This document shows positions 35,765-48,520 of a DNA stretch of 64,000 nt, piece after piece; within the stretch, counting starts at the first letter, position 1, and each line of letters begins with the position of its first letter. Below the pieces are notes generated by a model. The model had not been told where the DNA came from. It made no database searches and saw only the letters and a program-made list of their open reading frames with translations. A program made the translations under genes and the position numbers. This stretch comes from Leucoraja erinacea (taxonomy: Eukaryota), in contig NC_073408.1 in the NCBI RefSeq assembly GCF_028641065.1, forward strand, positions 11,160,001-11,224,000. The letters run 5' to 3'.

Positions 35765-36866
35765 AGTAAACTTCATGTCGGCCACCTTTTATAGGGGGGA
35801 ACATTTCAGACTATTTTCCTTGTGCTGTTCAGCACATCACGCTTGTTGCTGAGGGTGTTGTATTAAAAAGAGAGCTGCACTTGAGCCCAGGCAACACCAC
35901 CAGTCTGTTGCAGGCGGCTCGAGTCATAGCAGAAACCTATTGTTAAACCTGGAGTGTCCATCGAGAACAATCCAGGGAATAGGAACATAATAGTTATATC
36001 ACTGGAATATTGATTCAAAGAATTTGAGTTCATATCTCAACAATAAAATTTGAGAATTGAAAATTTTAAATTGATTTTGATGAAAGGAACTCCCGAACTG
36101 CCGGATATTTGCAACGATTCAATTAATTTACGGATGGCTGAGGAACAAGGGAAAATGCCATCCTTTCACCACACTGGTGCTTTATGTGACTCCACCTCAA
36201 TGTGATTCATTCTTAAATGTGCTCTGATTTAGTTACTCAGTGGTGTCAAAGGCTGCTTCCCAGACATCAGTGTTCCCAAAGGAAAATCTACCGCCTTCAC
36301 CGGACATCTAGGGATGGACAATGAATGCCAGCTTTGTTCGACAACATTGAATTGATGATACGGCTCCAGATTGGGAGATTCTTCACCACAATCAATACAC
36401 ACCATAAAGCAGCCTCACTTCCATTATCTGCTCCATTCTATTTCCTTCATTTTATTTACTTCCATGCTCTCCCAGAGCCCATAAATTGCTGAGTTTTGAG
36501 TCGCAGGCAGCTGATTACAGAAGCTCTTCAAATGCATCCTCGACCAACATGACCCAAAATTAGCCACGTGTTTGCGCCTGAGCTCCCGGTACCTCACCAA
36601 GACTATAATCAAGAGTTATTTAACGGAATGTCCAATGTCTCTTAAAATGATTTTTATTTTAAAGAGATCCAGGATTTCTAGTTGAGGGGGAGATGAGTGT
36701 TCATAGTTGAGTATCTGTTAGTGATCTGTAAATATTCAAATGTTATATATGAAAGCAAACTTGAATATTTTTTCAATTACTTTAAAGATGTATAGATTTA
36801 TACTTAATTGTTGATGACTTTGATATATATCATGTAAAATGTATTTTCACATTTGCAATTGCATAA

Positions 36867-36872
36867 AATAAA
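36867..36872 (+). terminator. candidate MPZL2 polyadenylation signal
   Basis: AATAAA at the end of an AU-rich tract with a GT/T-rich element downstream (about 36910-36925). Confidence 0.5.
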
Positions 36873-38281
36873 ACCATTAACACTGAGTTATATTTTAAAG
36901 CAAGGTCATAGTTTTTGGTTTTCTCCGACAGGAACTATCTTCAGTTGATTTATCTTCCATCGACACCCAGAAGTTTGAATCAATTCATGGCACCAGTAAT
37001 GATTGAGAGCAGACTGTTTGATCAAAATTCCAGAGGGGAAATGAACACAGAATGTACATTTACAAGGCACTGCCTGAAAGGATAGCGGGAGCAGATTTTC
37101 ACTGGGAAAATGCCTGTAAAGGAACTATATATGGGAGAAACACAAATTAGCAACTGTTTGGCTAGATGTTCAAAGGCAGCCCAAAATGCTTCTTCCTGTG
37201 CTGTGTGATTCAAATGTAGAATGGGGTCAGGCGGGGCTGTGTCATCGCACTGCTGTTTTCAAGTTTACTCATTACAATGTTGAAACAGGGAACTGCAGAT
37301 GCAGGTTTACAAAAAAGGACACAAAGTGCTGGAGTAACTCACCAGGTCCGGCCTGACCCACAGAGTTACTCCAGCATTGTGTGCTGCACACAGCAAGATT
37401 CCACAAAACAAAATTACTGAGATAAATGAAATAAAAGATTGTATGCTTTAGTGATGTTGGCTGAGGATAACATGTTATAGACGCAGTGTGGAGAAAATTT
37501 AATCTGCAAAATTGTGTCATGGATTATTTTGCATCTGTCTCAGTGATGGTACTGAGATGTTATTAGATAACAGTGATGTTATCTAATTAATGTCCAATCC
37601 CATGGATACCACTTCTGAAGGTGTGGCAATGCCTTGTAATGGCTCACCAATTGTGCAGTGCCTGTAGAGTACTACACTAAATGTGTGATTAATGCAATGC
37701 TGTTCTAAGTTTAATGTAAATTGAGGAAATGAACAGATCATGAAATAGGCGTATGCATTTTCTACAATGCGTTTTAGACAAGGGAACAGGCTGGATTAAT
37801 GAGAACTGAAACAAAAATTAGTTAACAATTAGACAGTAAGTTAATATTCTGTAAATAATGGCAACGAGATAATGGCATGACATTTCAATTGGCAGGGATA
37901 AGAGATATAAATCAAGGTTTTAATCTTTGAATCGCTGATAGATTAAAAAAATTAACTGAATTTCTTAATTCTTATTAGTTAGAAACATAGAAAACATAGA
38001 AATTAGGTGCAGGAGTAGGCCATTCGGCCCTTCGAGCCTGCACCGCCATTCAATATGATCATGGCTGATCATCCAACTCGGTATCCAGTACCTGCCTTCT
38101 CTCCATACCCCCTGATCCCCTTAGCCACAAGGGCCACATCTAACTCCCTCTTAAATATAGCTAACATTTAAAAATAAAATCTTGTTAGTCATGAAATGGT
38201 CAATTTCAGTGGCAATAGCACTATCCCTATGTATAGGGGCAGTCTAAGGTACGGTCCAGTGCAGGAAGATCCCTAGACGGA

Positions 38282-38663
38282 CGGTCAAAGTGGCGCAGCG
38301 GTAGAGTTGCTGCCTTACAGCGCTTGCAGCACCGGAGACCCTGGTTCAATCCCGACTACAGGTACTGTCTGTACCGAGTTTGTACATTCTCCCCGTGACC
38401 GTGTGGGATTTCGTTGTCTCTGTACTGTACAGAGTACTGTACTGTACAATGCATTTCGTTGTCTCTGTACTGTACACTGACAATGACAATTAAAATTGAA
38501 TCTGAATCTGAATCTGATTTTTCCGAGATCTTCGGTTTCCTCCCACACTAGATCTTCTTTGGTGTTGTGTAAATTGGTCGTGTGTGTGTGTGTGTGGTGT
38601 GTGTGTGTGTGTGTGTGTAGTCGTACACATTGTGTAGGTTAATGTGGCTTGGTGTATGTGTAA

Positions 38664-38730
<67 letters not shown>

Positions 38731-38820
38731 GATAGTGTTCATGTGAAGGGATCGCTGGTCGGTGCGGTCTCGGTGGGCCGAAGGGCCTGTTTCCGCGCTG
38801 TATCTCTAAACTAAACTAAA
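38282..38820 (+). mobile_element. tRNA-derived HE1/V-SINE-like element with nested LINE-tail insertion and (TG)n expansions
   Basis: A box TGGCGCAGCGG, B box GGTTCAATCC, (CTAAA)n tail. Confidence 0.8.
38579..38726. repeat. (TG)n microsatellites inside a SINE
   Basis: Directly visible. Confidence 0.95.
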
Positions 38821-41791
38821 GACCTACCAAGCTGGCCTAATCCATTATACATCAGCAGCATTTTCCAAATAGTGACCCGACAACTCAGCTCCACCCTAAC
38901 AATGTTGTTTTTACTGCTTTGCTGTTTCACAAAGTAGGTATCATATTTCTGGAAGATTAAATATATGCAGCGCGCCAGTCATTGGGCAGTCGTGATTTAC
39001 GTTCCCACAAGGCATTTTCTACTCCCCATACGCAAACTTTTACAACAATCTGCCAATGGGATTAGAATAGAAACTCCCATGGAGTTTTAGATAGATATGC
39101 CATTTATTGTCACTATACATGTACAATGAGATTAAAAGCAGCTCGTACTCAGTGCATACATATAATTTAGTACAAAAAACAAGAAGCAGAAAACAAAACA
39201 AAAGGGGGAGGGGGGGGATAGGTGCACAATTCTGCGGCGCTATATACATATCTATAAAGGCAAAATGGTGAAGGATGAATAGGTAGTATTTTTAGGCAGA
39301 AGTTTAAAGATTATATTAAATATTTTTTTTTAAATTACAAATATTAAAAATTACAGTTATAATACACATTACAGTTCCAAATTTCAGTACGTGGATAGAA
39401 TAGATGGAAGTCCGGGTGTTTTCCTTCAAATTATCTTCGCATTGTGAAGAATTTCCCACAGGGCCTGGGTAAGAAGTAGTTTTAGAATCAACCCAGGGAA
39501 GAATTCTGGTAGCGGAGGATAAATAGAGCCATTTAGGGAGGTGGCAGATCTGATCAGTCCCGCTTTCTACAAGTTTACAGATCTCAACTACCTGGATCTT
39601 GAGGCCAAATGGAAGAAACATAGAGGCTTCTGAAGAATTCACTTTTTATGAAAAGTATAATATTCATTGGTCCTCTAATAAAGTAATCCCTGCCTCCTGT
39701 ATTCTTGATACCAGGACTGCTGTAGGTTCATTGCTACAGCCATCCGGGGGATGGATCTAGTCAATGGATATTTATAAGGCGGAGATTGACAGAATCTTGA
39801 GTAGTAAGGGTGTTATGGGGAGAATGAGGTTGAGAGGGAAAGACAGATCGGCCATGATTGAATGGCGGAGTAGACCTGATGGGCCCAGTGGCCTAATTCT
39901 GCTCCTAGAACTTGAGAACTTGCAGCAGACACCTCAAAGCACTAGGCTGACCCCATCAACGCTGCCTCCACAAACAGAACCATGAGAGATATAGATAGGA
40001 TAGACAGAGCGATTTTTCCCAGGGTGGAAATATCATAGAGGGCCTAGCTTTAAGATGAGAATGTGTAAAGGAGATGAAGCATAGAAACAGGAGCAGAGTG
40101 TACGGCTTTTTGAGTTTTCCTGCTTGCTTTGCCATTAGATACGATCACAGCTGATCCATTGTCTCTCTTAAACACCACTATTGTATCTGCCTCCACCACC
40201 ACCCCTGGCAGCAAGTTCTAGGCATCACTACCCCCTCCATAGATAAACTTGCCCCGCTCATCTCCTTTGAACTTTGGCCTTCTGACCTATGCCCTCTAGT
40301 CTGATATTTCTACCCTGGGAACAAAGTTGTGACTATCCATCCTATCATTGGCTTCCATAACTTTATATATCTTCGATCAGGTCTCCACTTAACCTCTGGC
40401 GTTGCAGATATACCAGTCCAAGTTTGTCCAACCTCACGTTGCAGCTAATAGCCTCTACTCTGGGCATCATTCCCAGGAATCTCTAAAGTCTTAACGTCAG
40501 TGGGAGCTGGCATCTTGTTGATGGCAGTGGTCTTGGATGGGTCCGGTCTGAGGCCATCACTGGTGAATACGCGTCTGACATAGTTGATCTCCTCAGGGGG
40601 TATGGAGAGAAGGCAGGTACAGGATCCTGAGTTGGATGATCAGACATGATCATATTGAATGGCGGTGCAGGCTCGAAGGGCCGAATGGCTTCCTCCTGCA
40701 CCTATTTTCTATGTTTAAACATCTGCACGCTCCCCACAGCCTCCACGTACTTGCTCTAAAAGGGCGGCCAGGACTTTTCACGTCTCCTCTGACTCCTTGG
40801 GATTTTGCCCCAAAACCAACCATAGTGGAGAGGGAGCATCTGGGGTGTTAATGTGAATGTCAAACCCATGCAGTAGGAGCCCACAGGATCCACGAGCAAA
40901 CCAACTCCAAAACTCCCCACCCACCGGCCCGTCGGCCTGCCTGCCTGATCAGGCACCTTCTGCCCCATCCATGGAAGAGCTTGTGGTTCCCATAAAGGCC
41001 TTGTCAGTCACCTCAGGACCCACACACTGGAGTGGAAGCAAGTTACCCTTGGCTCTGGGGGACTGCTGAAGAGTAGTCCGGTGAAGGAGTTGATGGCAAA
41101 CACATCACCAATAAAGGTCAGATTAGCAGATGGATGAAGGGCAGAATTCTGGATGAGCATTAAACCAGACCACTCTCTATAGAATTACTCCTCATAAGTT
41201 TGATTTGATGCCAAGCAAATTCCATAGTTAACTTTTTTGTTGCTTTTCATTTCTTGTACACTATTTCCCTCCCCTCCCCCCCCAGACTATCTCTTACAAT
41301 TAGATATTCCCTCTGTGACTCATTTCTGGATAAACCACCCTCAATCCCCATCCTCAATCCTCAGCCCTTCTAAACCTTTTCATTAGATGATAGCCTGTAA
41401 CTCACCTCCAATGTCTATTATTTGATAAATATTACATACTATTCAAATCTTTCCACACAGTTTCCAGTCTGTAAATCTGAATTTTTAATCTGTCAGTATT
41501 TTGTGTTTCCGTGAATAGCTCTCTGATCCGATGTGACGACATGTAATTGTGCAATGACAGGAAATGCCGCTGTGATAGCTGATTGATGGAGTCCTCCCAA
41601 TTTTGTTATTCATTTTCTTTAGTGCATATCAGGGTCGACATCTGGGAACTACAGAGTCTATGGCACTGCCTAACTCCACAAGGAAAAGATCAAAAGAGAT
41701 TAAAATCACAATATGGCACTAGTGATAAATAAAATGTCTACTGAGTGCCGCCCTGTGATGTTTTATTAATTTGTGAAGTGGATCAGTCAAA

Positions 41792-42078
41792 GGGTGGCAC
41801 GGCAGAGTTGCTGCCTTGCAGCGCCAGAGACCCGGGTTCGATCCTGACGACTGGTGCCGTCTGTACGGAGTTTGTACGTACTCCCGCGGGTTTTCTCCAG
41901 GAGCTCCAGTTTCCTCCCACAATCCAAAGACGTGCAGGTTTGTAGGTTACTTGGCTTCCGTAACATTGTAAATTGTCCCTAGTGTGTGTAGGATAGTGTT
42001 GGTGTGTGGGGATCGTTGGTCAGCGCGGACTCGGTGGCCAGAAGGGCCCGTTTCTGCGATGCATCTCTAAACTAAACT
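41792..42078 (+). mobile_element. tRNA-derived HE1/V-SINE-like element
   Basis: B box GGTTCGATCC, conserved core, ctaaactaaa tail. Further copies at about 18485-18770(+), 21440-21655(-), 22045-22335(-), 27705-27965(+), 49499-49770(+), 51910-52215(-) and 54370-54672(-). Confidence 0.8.
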
Positions 42079-42099
42079 GCACATTGCTTGTCTGGAAAG

Positions 42100-42770
42100 G
42101 ATCACTGGATGGATTTAAGAGAGAGTTAGATAGAGCTCTAGGGGCTAGTGGAATCAAGGGATATGGGGAGAAGGCAGGCACGGGTTATTGATTGGGGACG
42201 ATCAGCCATGATCGCAATGAATGGCGGTGCTGGCTCGAAGGGCCGAATGGCCTCCTTCTGCACCTATTTTCTATGTTTCTATGGTACAGGATACAAGTGA
42301 AGCTCAGATAATTTACTAGCATAGAACTTAGAACAGCACAGGCCCTTCGACCCACAATATCCATGCTGAACATGATGCCATGATAAACTAATCTGCCTGC
42401 ACCTGATCCATATCCCTCCATTCCCTGCATATCTATGTGCTTATTTAAAAGCCTCTTGAATGCCACTATTGTACATGCCTCCACCACCACTCCTGACAAT
42501 GCGTTCCAGAAACCTGCTATCCTCTGTGTAAAAAATATTGCCCCGAACATCTCCTTTAGATTTTAGCCCTTGCACCTTAAAAGCTATTATACCCTCTCGT
42601 CTTTGACAATTCCACCCTGCAAAAAAAAATAATAATTCTGACTACCCTATATCTATCTATGCCTGTCATAATTGCATATATTTCTATAAGGTCCCCCCTG
42701 AATTTCCGGTGTTCCAGAGAAAACAATCCTTGTTTCCCCCACATCTCCTTGTAACTAATATACCCATTCC
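42100..42770. mobile_element. two CR1 3' ends tail-to-tail (+ about 42100-42280; - about 42330-42770)
   Basis: GIKGYGEKAG tail on +; FRGDLIEIY and FFTQRIAGFWNAL on -. Confidence 0.75.
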
Positions 42771-43059
42771 ACATATTGATTGATTGAAGCCCGAAAAAAT
42801 GTGAAATTTGTTGACTGATCCAGTGTCTAAAGTAATTGGTCTCACAATCTGCAAGGTTTAGTGTTCCATCCTGAAACGTTCAAGCCAAGAGGAAGTCATT
42901 CAGACCACAATTGCCTCTATTTGTGTTAACTTCGCTGAATGCACTTCTGTTCTCTCCCTGAATCCTTTTACATGCTTCCATTAATATTTTATGTTTTCTT
43001 TACATTAATTGATTAATGCCTCACAGTGATTGGAAAGGTCAAAGAGTGCCAGCTGTGTA

Positions 43060-43535
43060 GAAATGATGAACTGCAGATGCTGGTTTATACCAAGATAGAC
43101 ACAAAGTGCTGGAGTAACTCAGCGGGTCAGGTGCTCATCCATTGTCAGAGTGAGGCTAAACGCAAACATCATCTCATATTTTGCTTGGGCAGCTTACAGC
43201 CCAGTAGTATAAATACTGATTTCTCTCACTTCAGGTAGCCTTGGACATTCCCTCTCTCTTTCTCTCTCTCTATCCCTCCCCCACCCAAGTTGCACTAGCT
43301 TATTGATTTCACCCTTCAAACAGCTAATAACAATGGCCTGTTTCCTTTATCATTGTGACTTTTTTGCATATATTTTATTCATTGTTCTTTATCTCTCTAC
43401 ATCATCAACTACATCTCTCGGTTCCCTAATAACTAACCAGTCTGAAGAATGTTCTCAAACAGAAAAGTCACCCATTCCTTCTCTCCAGAGAATCTGCCTG
43501 TCCTGCTGAGTTACTTCAGCTTTTTGTCTCTATCT
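43060..43535 (+). mobile_element. degraded Penelope-like fragment
   Basis: HCQSEAKRK..HLIFCLGSLQPS..N followed by a degenerate terminal repeat. Confidence 0.7.
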
Positions 43536-43620
43536 TAAAGTAAAACACCTTACTGTGTTGTGAAGTAAAAGCAGCATGTCCTCCATGCTGATTCCCCCAA
43601 TCAACATCATCAAAATATAA

Positions 43621-44224
43621 GGTACACAAAAAAGCTGGAGAAACTCAGCGGGTGCAGCAGCATCTATGGAGCGAAGGAAATAGGCAACGTTTCGGGCCGA
43701 AACCCTTCTTCAGACTGATGGGGTGTGGGGGGGGTGAGGAGAAGAAAGGAAAAAGGAGGAGGAGGAACCCCAGGGCTGAGTGATGGGAGGAGATAGCCCA
43801 AGGGCTGAGGAAGAGGAGGAGACAGCAAGGGCTAACAAAATGGGAGAATTCAATGTTCATGCCCCAAGGATGCAGACTTCCCAAGCGGACTATGAGGTGC
43901 TGTTCCTCCAATTTCCGGTGTTGCTCACTCTGGCCATGGAGGAGACCCAGGACAGAGAGGTCGGATACGGAATGGGAGGGGGAGTTGAAGTGCTGAGCCA
44001 CCGGGAGGTCAGGTTGGTTATTGCGGACCGAGCGGAGGTGTTCGGCGAAACGATCGCCAAGCCTCCGCTGGGTCTCACCGATGTACATCAGCTGACATCT
44101 AGAGCAGCGGATGCAATAGATAAGGTTGGAGGAGATGCAGGTGAACCTCTGTCGCACCTGGAACGACTGCTTGGGTCCTTGAATGGAGTCGAGGGGGGGA
44201 AGGTAAAGGGACAAGTGTTGCAAA
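43621..44224 (-). mobile_element. Penelope-like element 3' part (GIY-YIG endonuclease plus terminal repeat with hammerhead-like motif)
   Basis: NLIYCIRCSRCQLMYIGETQRRLGDRFAEH...EEQHLI..LGSLHP.GMN; downstream CTGAAGA-agggtttcggccc-GAAACGTT. Confidence 0.9.
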
Positions 44225-44599
44225 ATCTCATCAAAATATACATTGGTTTCATCATTATAATGTTTGTGGGACCTTGCTGTGCAGGAGGATAGGGCCACAG
44301 TGAACAGCCCTGTCTGCTATCCAGAGTGGGAAGTGGTTCGGCACAGCTGGGGTCACTAACTTGGGGCTTGAGGGAGCAGTGCTGGCCAGCGTGTCTCTAT
44401 CTACCTTGGGAGTAGGAGTTTGGGAACAGTGGAGAGGGAAGGGAAGCCACTGCACTTTCAGGAGCTGCTGGTGGAGGTTTTTGGAGAGTTTGTTTAGGGG
44501 GTGGGGTCATAAGTGATAGGAGTAGAGTTAGGCCATTCGGCCCATCAAGTCTACTCCGCCATTTAATCACGGCTGGTCTATCTCTCGCTCCTGCCTTCT

Positions 44600-44960
44600 C
44601 TCCCGAGGGAACGAGCTGGCCTGTTGTAGGTCGGGCCCGAGTCTCCTCCTCCTCCCCGCTCACCTGCTTCCGACTCTCTGCTTCCGCACTCACCTGGAGT
44701 CGCGTCGTTCAAGGCAAAGATCTCTCTGGTTCAGGGTGGGAATGAGCCCGAGACAGGGGAATCTGGAGCCCGGTCGGAGCCCGCACCGATTCCCGGCCCT
44801 GTGGCTCTTCCCGCTGCTGTTACTTCCCGGTGAGTCCGGTCCGGGCGGCCGCGGCCCCGCAGCCCAACTTGGAGCAAACATTCCCCGGGTGTCCGGTGGC
44901 CCCCAAGTCGCTGCGGGTTCAGTTGGTCTCGGGCATTATTCCCCTCGATTCCGGCCTTGA
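44600..44960 (+). promoter_or_regulatory. CpG-island-like MPZL3 promoter spanning exon 1
   Basis: GC/CpG-rich stretch with two CACCTG E-boxes at about 44660 and 44691. Confidence 0.5.
44742..44829 (+). CDS. MPZL3: MPZL3 exon 1, signal peptide (MSPRQGNLEPGRSPHRFPALWLFPLLLLP-G)
   Basis: ATG in a CpG-rich island, hydrophobic core, G|GTGAGT phase-1 donor. Confidence 0.85.
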
Positions 44961-45021
44961 TTTCGTTTCAGTTCCTTTGATTCAGTCTCAAGGCACAGAC
45001 CTGAAATGTTCCTCTTCTTCC

Positions 45022-45462
45022 GACCCCCCCCCCCCTCACGCCCAACACCCTCCACCCCTCCTCGTCTCCTATAGCCCACCCCACCCCCCCTCCTCCCCCC
45101 CCCCCCTCACTCACTAGCCCCCCACCCCCCCACCCCCCTCACTCCCCACACCCCCACTCACTCCCCCCTCCTCATTCCTCTCACTCACTTCCCCACCCCC
45201 ACCCCCCCTCACTCCCCCCACCCCCTCCTCACTCCCCCACCCCTCACTCCCCCACCCTCCCTCCCTCCCCCCCCCCCCCTTCACTCCCCCACAGCCCCAC
45301 TCACACTCCCCCCCCCTCCCTTCCTCTCACCCCCACCACCTCCTCACTCCCCAACCCCCTCCTCACTCCCCCACCCCTCACTCACTCCCCCCCCCTTCCC
45401 CTCACCCCCACCCCTTCCCCCCCTCACTCCCCCACCACCTCCTCACTCTTCCCCACCCCCCC
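45022..45462. repeat. C-rich low-complexity tract (CTCACTCCCCCACCC-like units) in MPZL3 intron 1
   Basis: Directly visible; almost no G on the + strand. Confidence 0.95.
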
Positions 45463-45513
45463 TATAGTTGAATCTTTATCTTGGTGACGAATCCTGTGTC
45501 CCTCTCCAAACAG

Positions 45514-45671
45514 GTTCTGCTACTATTGAAGTTTCTTTGAAACCAACTGTTCAAGGTTTCATTGGAGAAGATATACAACTGAGTTGTAAGTTCAGATCCT
45601 CCTCTCCCATCACACAGCGTCTGACAGTGGACTGGTCTTTCCGGCCAGCAAAAAGCGGATCAAAACATGGT
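45514..45671 (+). CDS. MPZL3: MPZL3 exon 2 (SATIEVSLKPTVQGFIGEDIQLSCKFRSSSPITQRLTVDWSFRP...)
   Basis: 158 nt, phase 1-0; resembles human VRGYVGEKIKLKCTFKS...LTIDWTYRP as I recall it. Confidence 0.93.
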
Positions 45672-45699
45672 GTGAGTATCAAGGTTGATTATATTTCAT

Positions 45700-46090
45700 A
45701 TGCTCATAAATTCTAGGAGCAGAATTAGGCCATTCAGCCCCATCAAGTCCACTCCTGCATTCAATCAAGGCTGATCTATCTTTGCCTCTCAATCCCATTC
45801 TCCTGCCTTCTCCCCATAGCCCCTAACACCACTATCAATCAAGAATCTGTCAATCTCCACCTTCAAAATATCCATCGACTTGGCCTCCACTGCTGTCTGT
45901 GGCGATGAATTCCACATATTCACCGCCCTCTGACTAAAGAAATTCCTCTTCATCTCCGTTCTAAAGGTGCGTCCTTTTATTCTGAGGCTATGGCCTCTGG
46001 TCCTAGTTTCTCTCACGAGTGAAATCATCCTCTCCACATTCAGTCTACCCAGGCCTTTCACTAGTCAGTAAGTTTCAATGAGGTTCCCCT
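45700..46090 (-). mobile_element. CR1 LINE 3' fragment in MPZL3 intron 2
   Basis: TRGHSLRIKG..RNFFSQRAVNMWNS motif. Confidence 0.85.
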
Positions 46091-47069
46091 CATTTCCTTA
46101 GTTAACAACAATGCTACCTTTTTTTTGAGAATGTATTAACGTAACCTGAAACACTGGGATGTTTGCTCCTAATGTGTTTGATTGTATCTTTGAGGTCTTT
46201 TGAAGAAATGTCTATATTTCACCATCTTCCAGTAAGAAATGTGATGAATGTGTGGTAATTATTTGCAACATGTCTCCCATGTTGAGCATGTGTCTAATTC
46301 TAACATTCTCATGTAAGGCACTGAGAACCCAGAACTTTATCCAGAAAAGTGCTCTGGATCTACTGAACGTTCCCAAAGAGTGTGATGTGAAGCAGGTTCT
46401 GTTGTGGCTTTTGAGAGGGAATTGGATATAACACATGGCGAACATAATGTCGTAAACCTGCAGAGAAAGGACAGTGGGGGAGTTGGGGGGAGGGGAAGTA
46501 ATGAACTCGCATTGAGATCTGCAACGGACACTGGGCAAATTGGCTTCGTCCTGTGCCATTACTATTCTATGATATATGATTTCAAGTCTTTTCGAACCGC
46601 AAGAGGCTGCTGTTACAATGGCAAAGCTTTTCATCAGTGGTGAAGCAATTCAGCACAACCTGTGCGAGACTATATAAATGCAAATTCATCGTTAATAATG
46701 CTAATCTGCTGAGTCGCTGCATTCTGCATCTCATCCACTGTGTGATTTTTTGTGTGTGTGTGTCACCAGCTGGCTGTGGTATTTGGCATTAAGCTCCATC
46801 CTTTGATGTTTTTTTGTTAGTGTTTGTTTGATTGCTCTTCCTTTTGTGTAATTGGCTCCTTCCTTCCTTCCTGAGGCCAGTTGTTGTATGACCACGTTGA
46901 TGGTGGTCTTTATCAGAAGCTTCCTCTGCCCAGCTTGGAGACAGTGAGCCGCAGACTTGCTCGGTCTGCCCCTCTCCACACTGACGTCACATCTGCGTTG
47001 ATGAAGGAGTGATGTTTTTTTCCCGTTTATCTCTTGTCTCAACAAATAGTGCTGCCATATATGGAAGAT

Positions 47070-47545
47070 AACTTCTTCAACCGCAAGAAATGCAACACCT
47101 GTCCCTTCACCTCCCCCCTCGACTCCATTCAAGGACCCAAGCAGTCGTTCCAGGTGCGACAGAGGTTCACCTGTATCTCCTCCAACCTCATCTACTGCAT
47201 CCGCTGCTCTAGATGTCAGCTGGTCTACATCGGTGAGACTAAGCGGAGGTTGGGCGATCGTTTCGCCGAACACCTCCGCTCGGTCCACAAGAACCTACCT
47301 GACCTCCCGGTGGCTCAGCACTTCAACTCCCCCTCCCATTCCCAATCCGACCTCTCTGTCCTGGGTCTCCTCCATTGCCAGAGTGAGCAACACTGGAAAT
47401 TGGAGGAACAGCACCTCATATTTCGCTTGGGGAGTCTGCATCCTGCGGGCATGAACATCGAATTCTCCCAATTTTGTTAGCCCTTGCTGTCTCCTCCCCT
47501 TCCTCAGCCCTCGGGCTGTCTCCTCCCATCCCCCAGCCCTCGGGC
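47070..47545 (+). mobile_element. Penelope-like GIY-YIG fragment
   Basis: CNTCP...LIYCIRCSRCQLVYIGETKRRLGDRFAEH; nearly the same sequence as the 43621-44224 copy. Confidence 0.9.
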
Positions 47546-47684
47546 TGTGTACCTATGGCAGATAACTGTTTGATAATTGAGGAGGAGAGAGGCTGATGGC
47601 AGTGGGATGCAGCAGAGACTCGCTGTTTTCACGGAGTAAAGGCTTGAGCTCTGGCTCGTATCCAGGACCTTCTGACACAACATT

Positions 47685-48520
47685 CAAGATTCATTTAATT
47701 GTCACATGTGCCAGATGGCACAGTGAAATGAAATTCCCATACAGCCATACAATAAAAATAAAGAACACAACACACTATAGAATTTGACATAAAACATCCC
47801 CACACAGCAGAATCACAGTTTCCCACTGTGTGGGAAGGCACCAAAGTCAGTCTCTTCCTCCACTGTTCCTCGTGGTCAGGGCCTCCCCAAGCCCTCCACA
47901 GTTGCAGCTACGGGCGGCCCGATGTCCAGGACTGCTCGCCGGGGTGATACAAGTCCGATGTCGGGGCTGCGGGACGTCCTCATTGGCGTGGACACCAGAG
48001 TCGGCCCCCTCCTACCGGAGTCGGCAGCTTCCAAAGTCCGCAGGCCACGCCGGGTGGAGACTGCCGCTGTAGACCCTCTGCAAGGAGCCCCAGGACTCCA
48101 CGATGTTCAGCGCCGCCCGCGTTGGAAGCTCTCCGCACCAGAGCTCCACGATGTTGGAGCAGCGGCCCAACGCTCCGGAGCTCCAAACGGCGACCCAGGT
48201 AGGCATCGCCCGCTCCGCGGTGACTCCAGCGCTGCGCCGCCGCTGTAGCAGCCCCGGTCTGGTTCCCGGTCCCCAGCAGGAAAGGCCGCTCCGATCCAGC
48301 TGGTTGGCCGCGAGGTGGGGGGCGAGGACGCGACTCGGAGAAATAGTCGCGTCCCTGCCAGGAAGAGACTGGGAGACGGTTTCCCCCTTACCCTGCCCCC
48401 CTCCCCCACATAGAAAAGTAAAGGTTTCCCCCTAAAACAGACTTTGGACTAACTGAAAATTTAAAAAAAGATAGAAATGACAGACAGGCTGTAGGTAGAG
48501 GCTGCTGCCAATGCAGCGCC
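47685..48520 (-). mobile_element. non-coding GC-rich interspersed element with a LINE-like 3' tail; related copy at about 60440-61045
   Basis: Shared blocks in the same order in both copies (aacatcc..cacag, cca[ct]gatgtt, gtttccccc); tail resembles Rex1-type tttcactgtg...gacaattaaa. Confidence 0.55.

Noticed and set aside
38288-38360. tRNA gene
   Set aside because: A/B boxes belong to a multi-copy tRNA-derived SINE head; no cloverleaf evident.
39316-39750. 108-aa ORF on the - strand
   Set aside because: No recognisable domain or exon boundaries; probably a repeat remnant.
47830-48435. Overlapping GC-rich ORFs suggesting a gene or CpG-island promoter
   Set aside because: Lies within an interspersed repeat with a related copy near 60440-61045; open frames reflect GC content.
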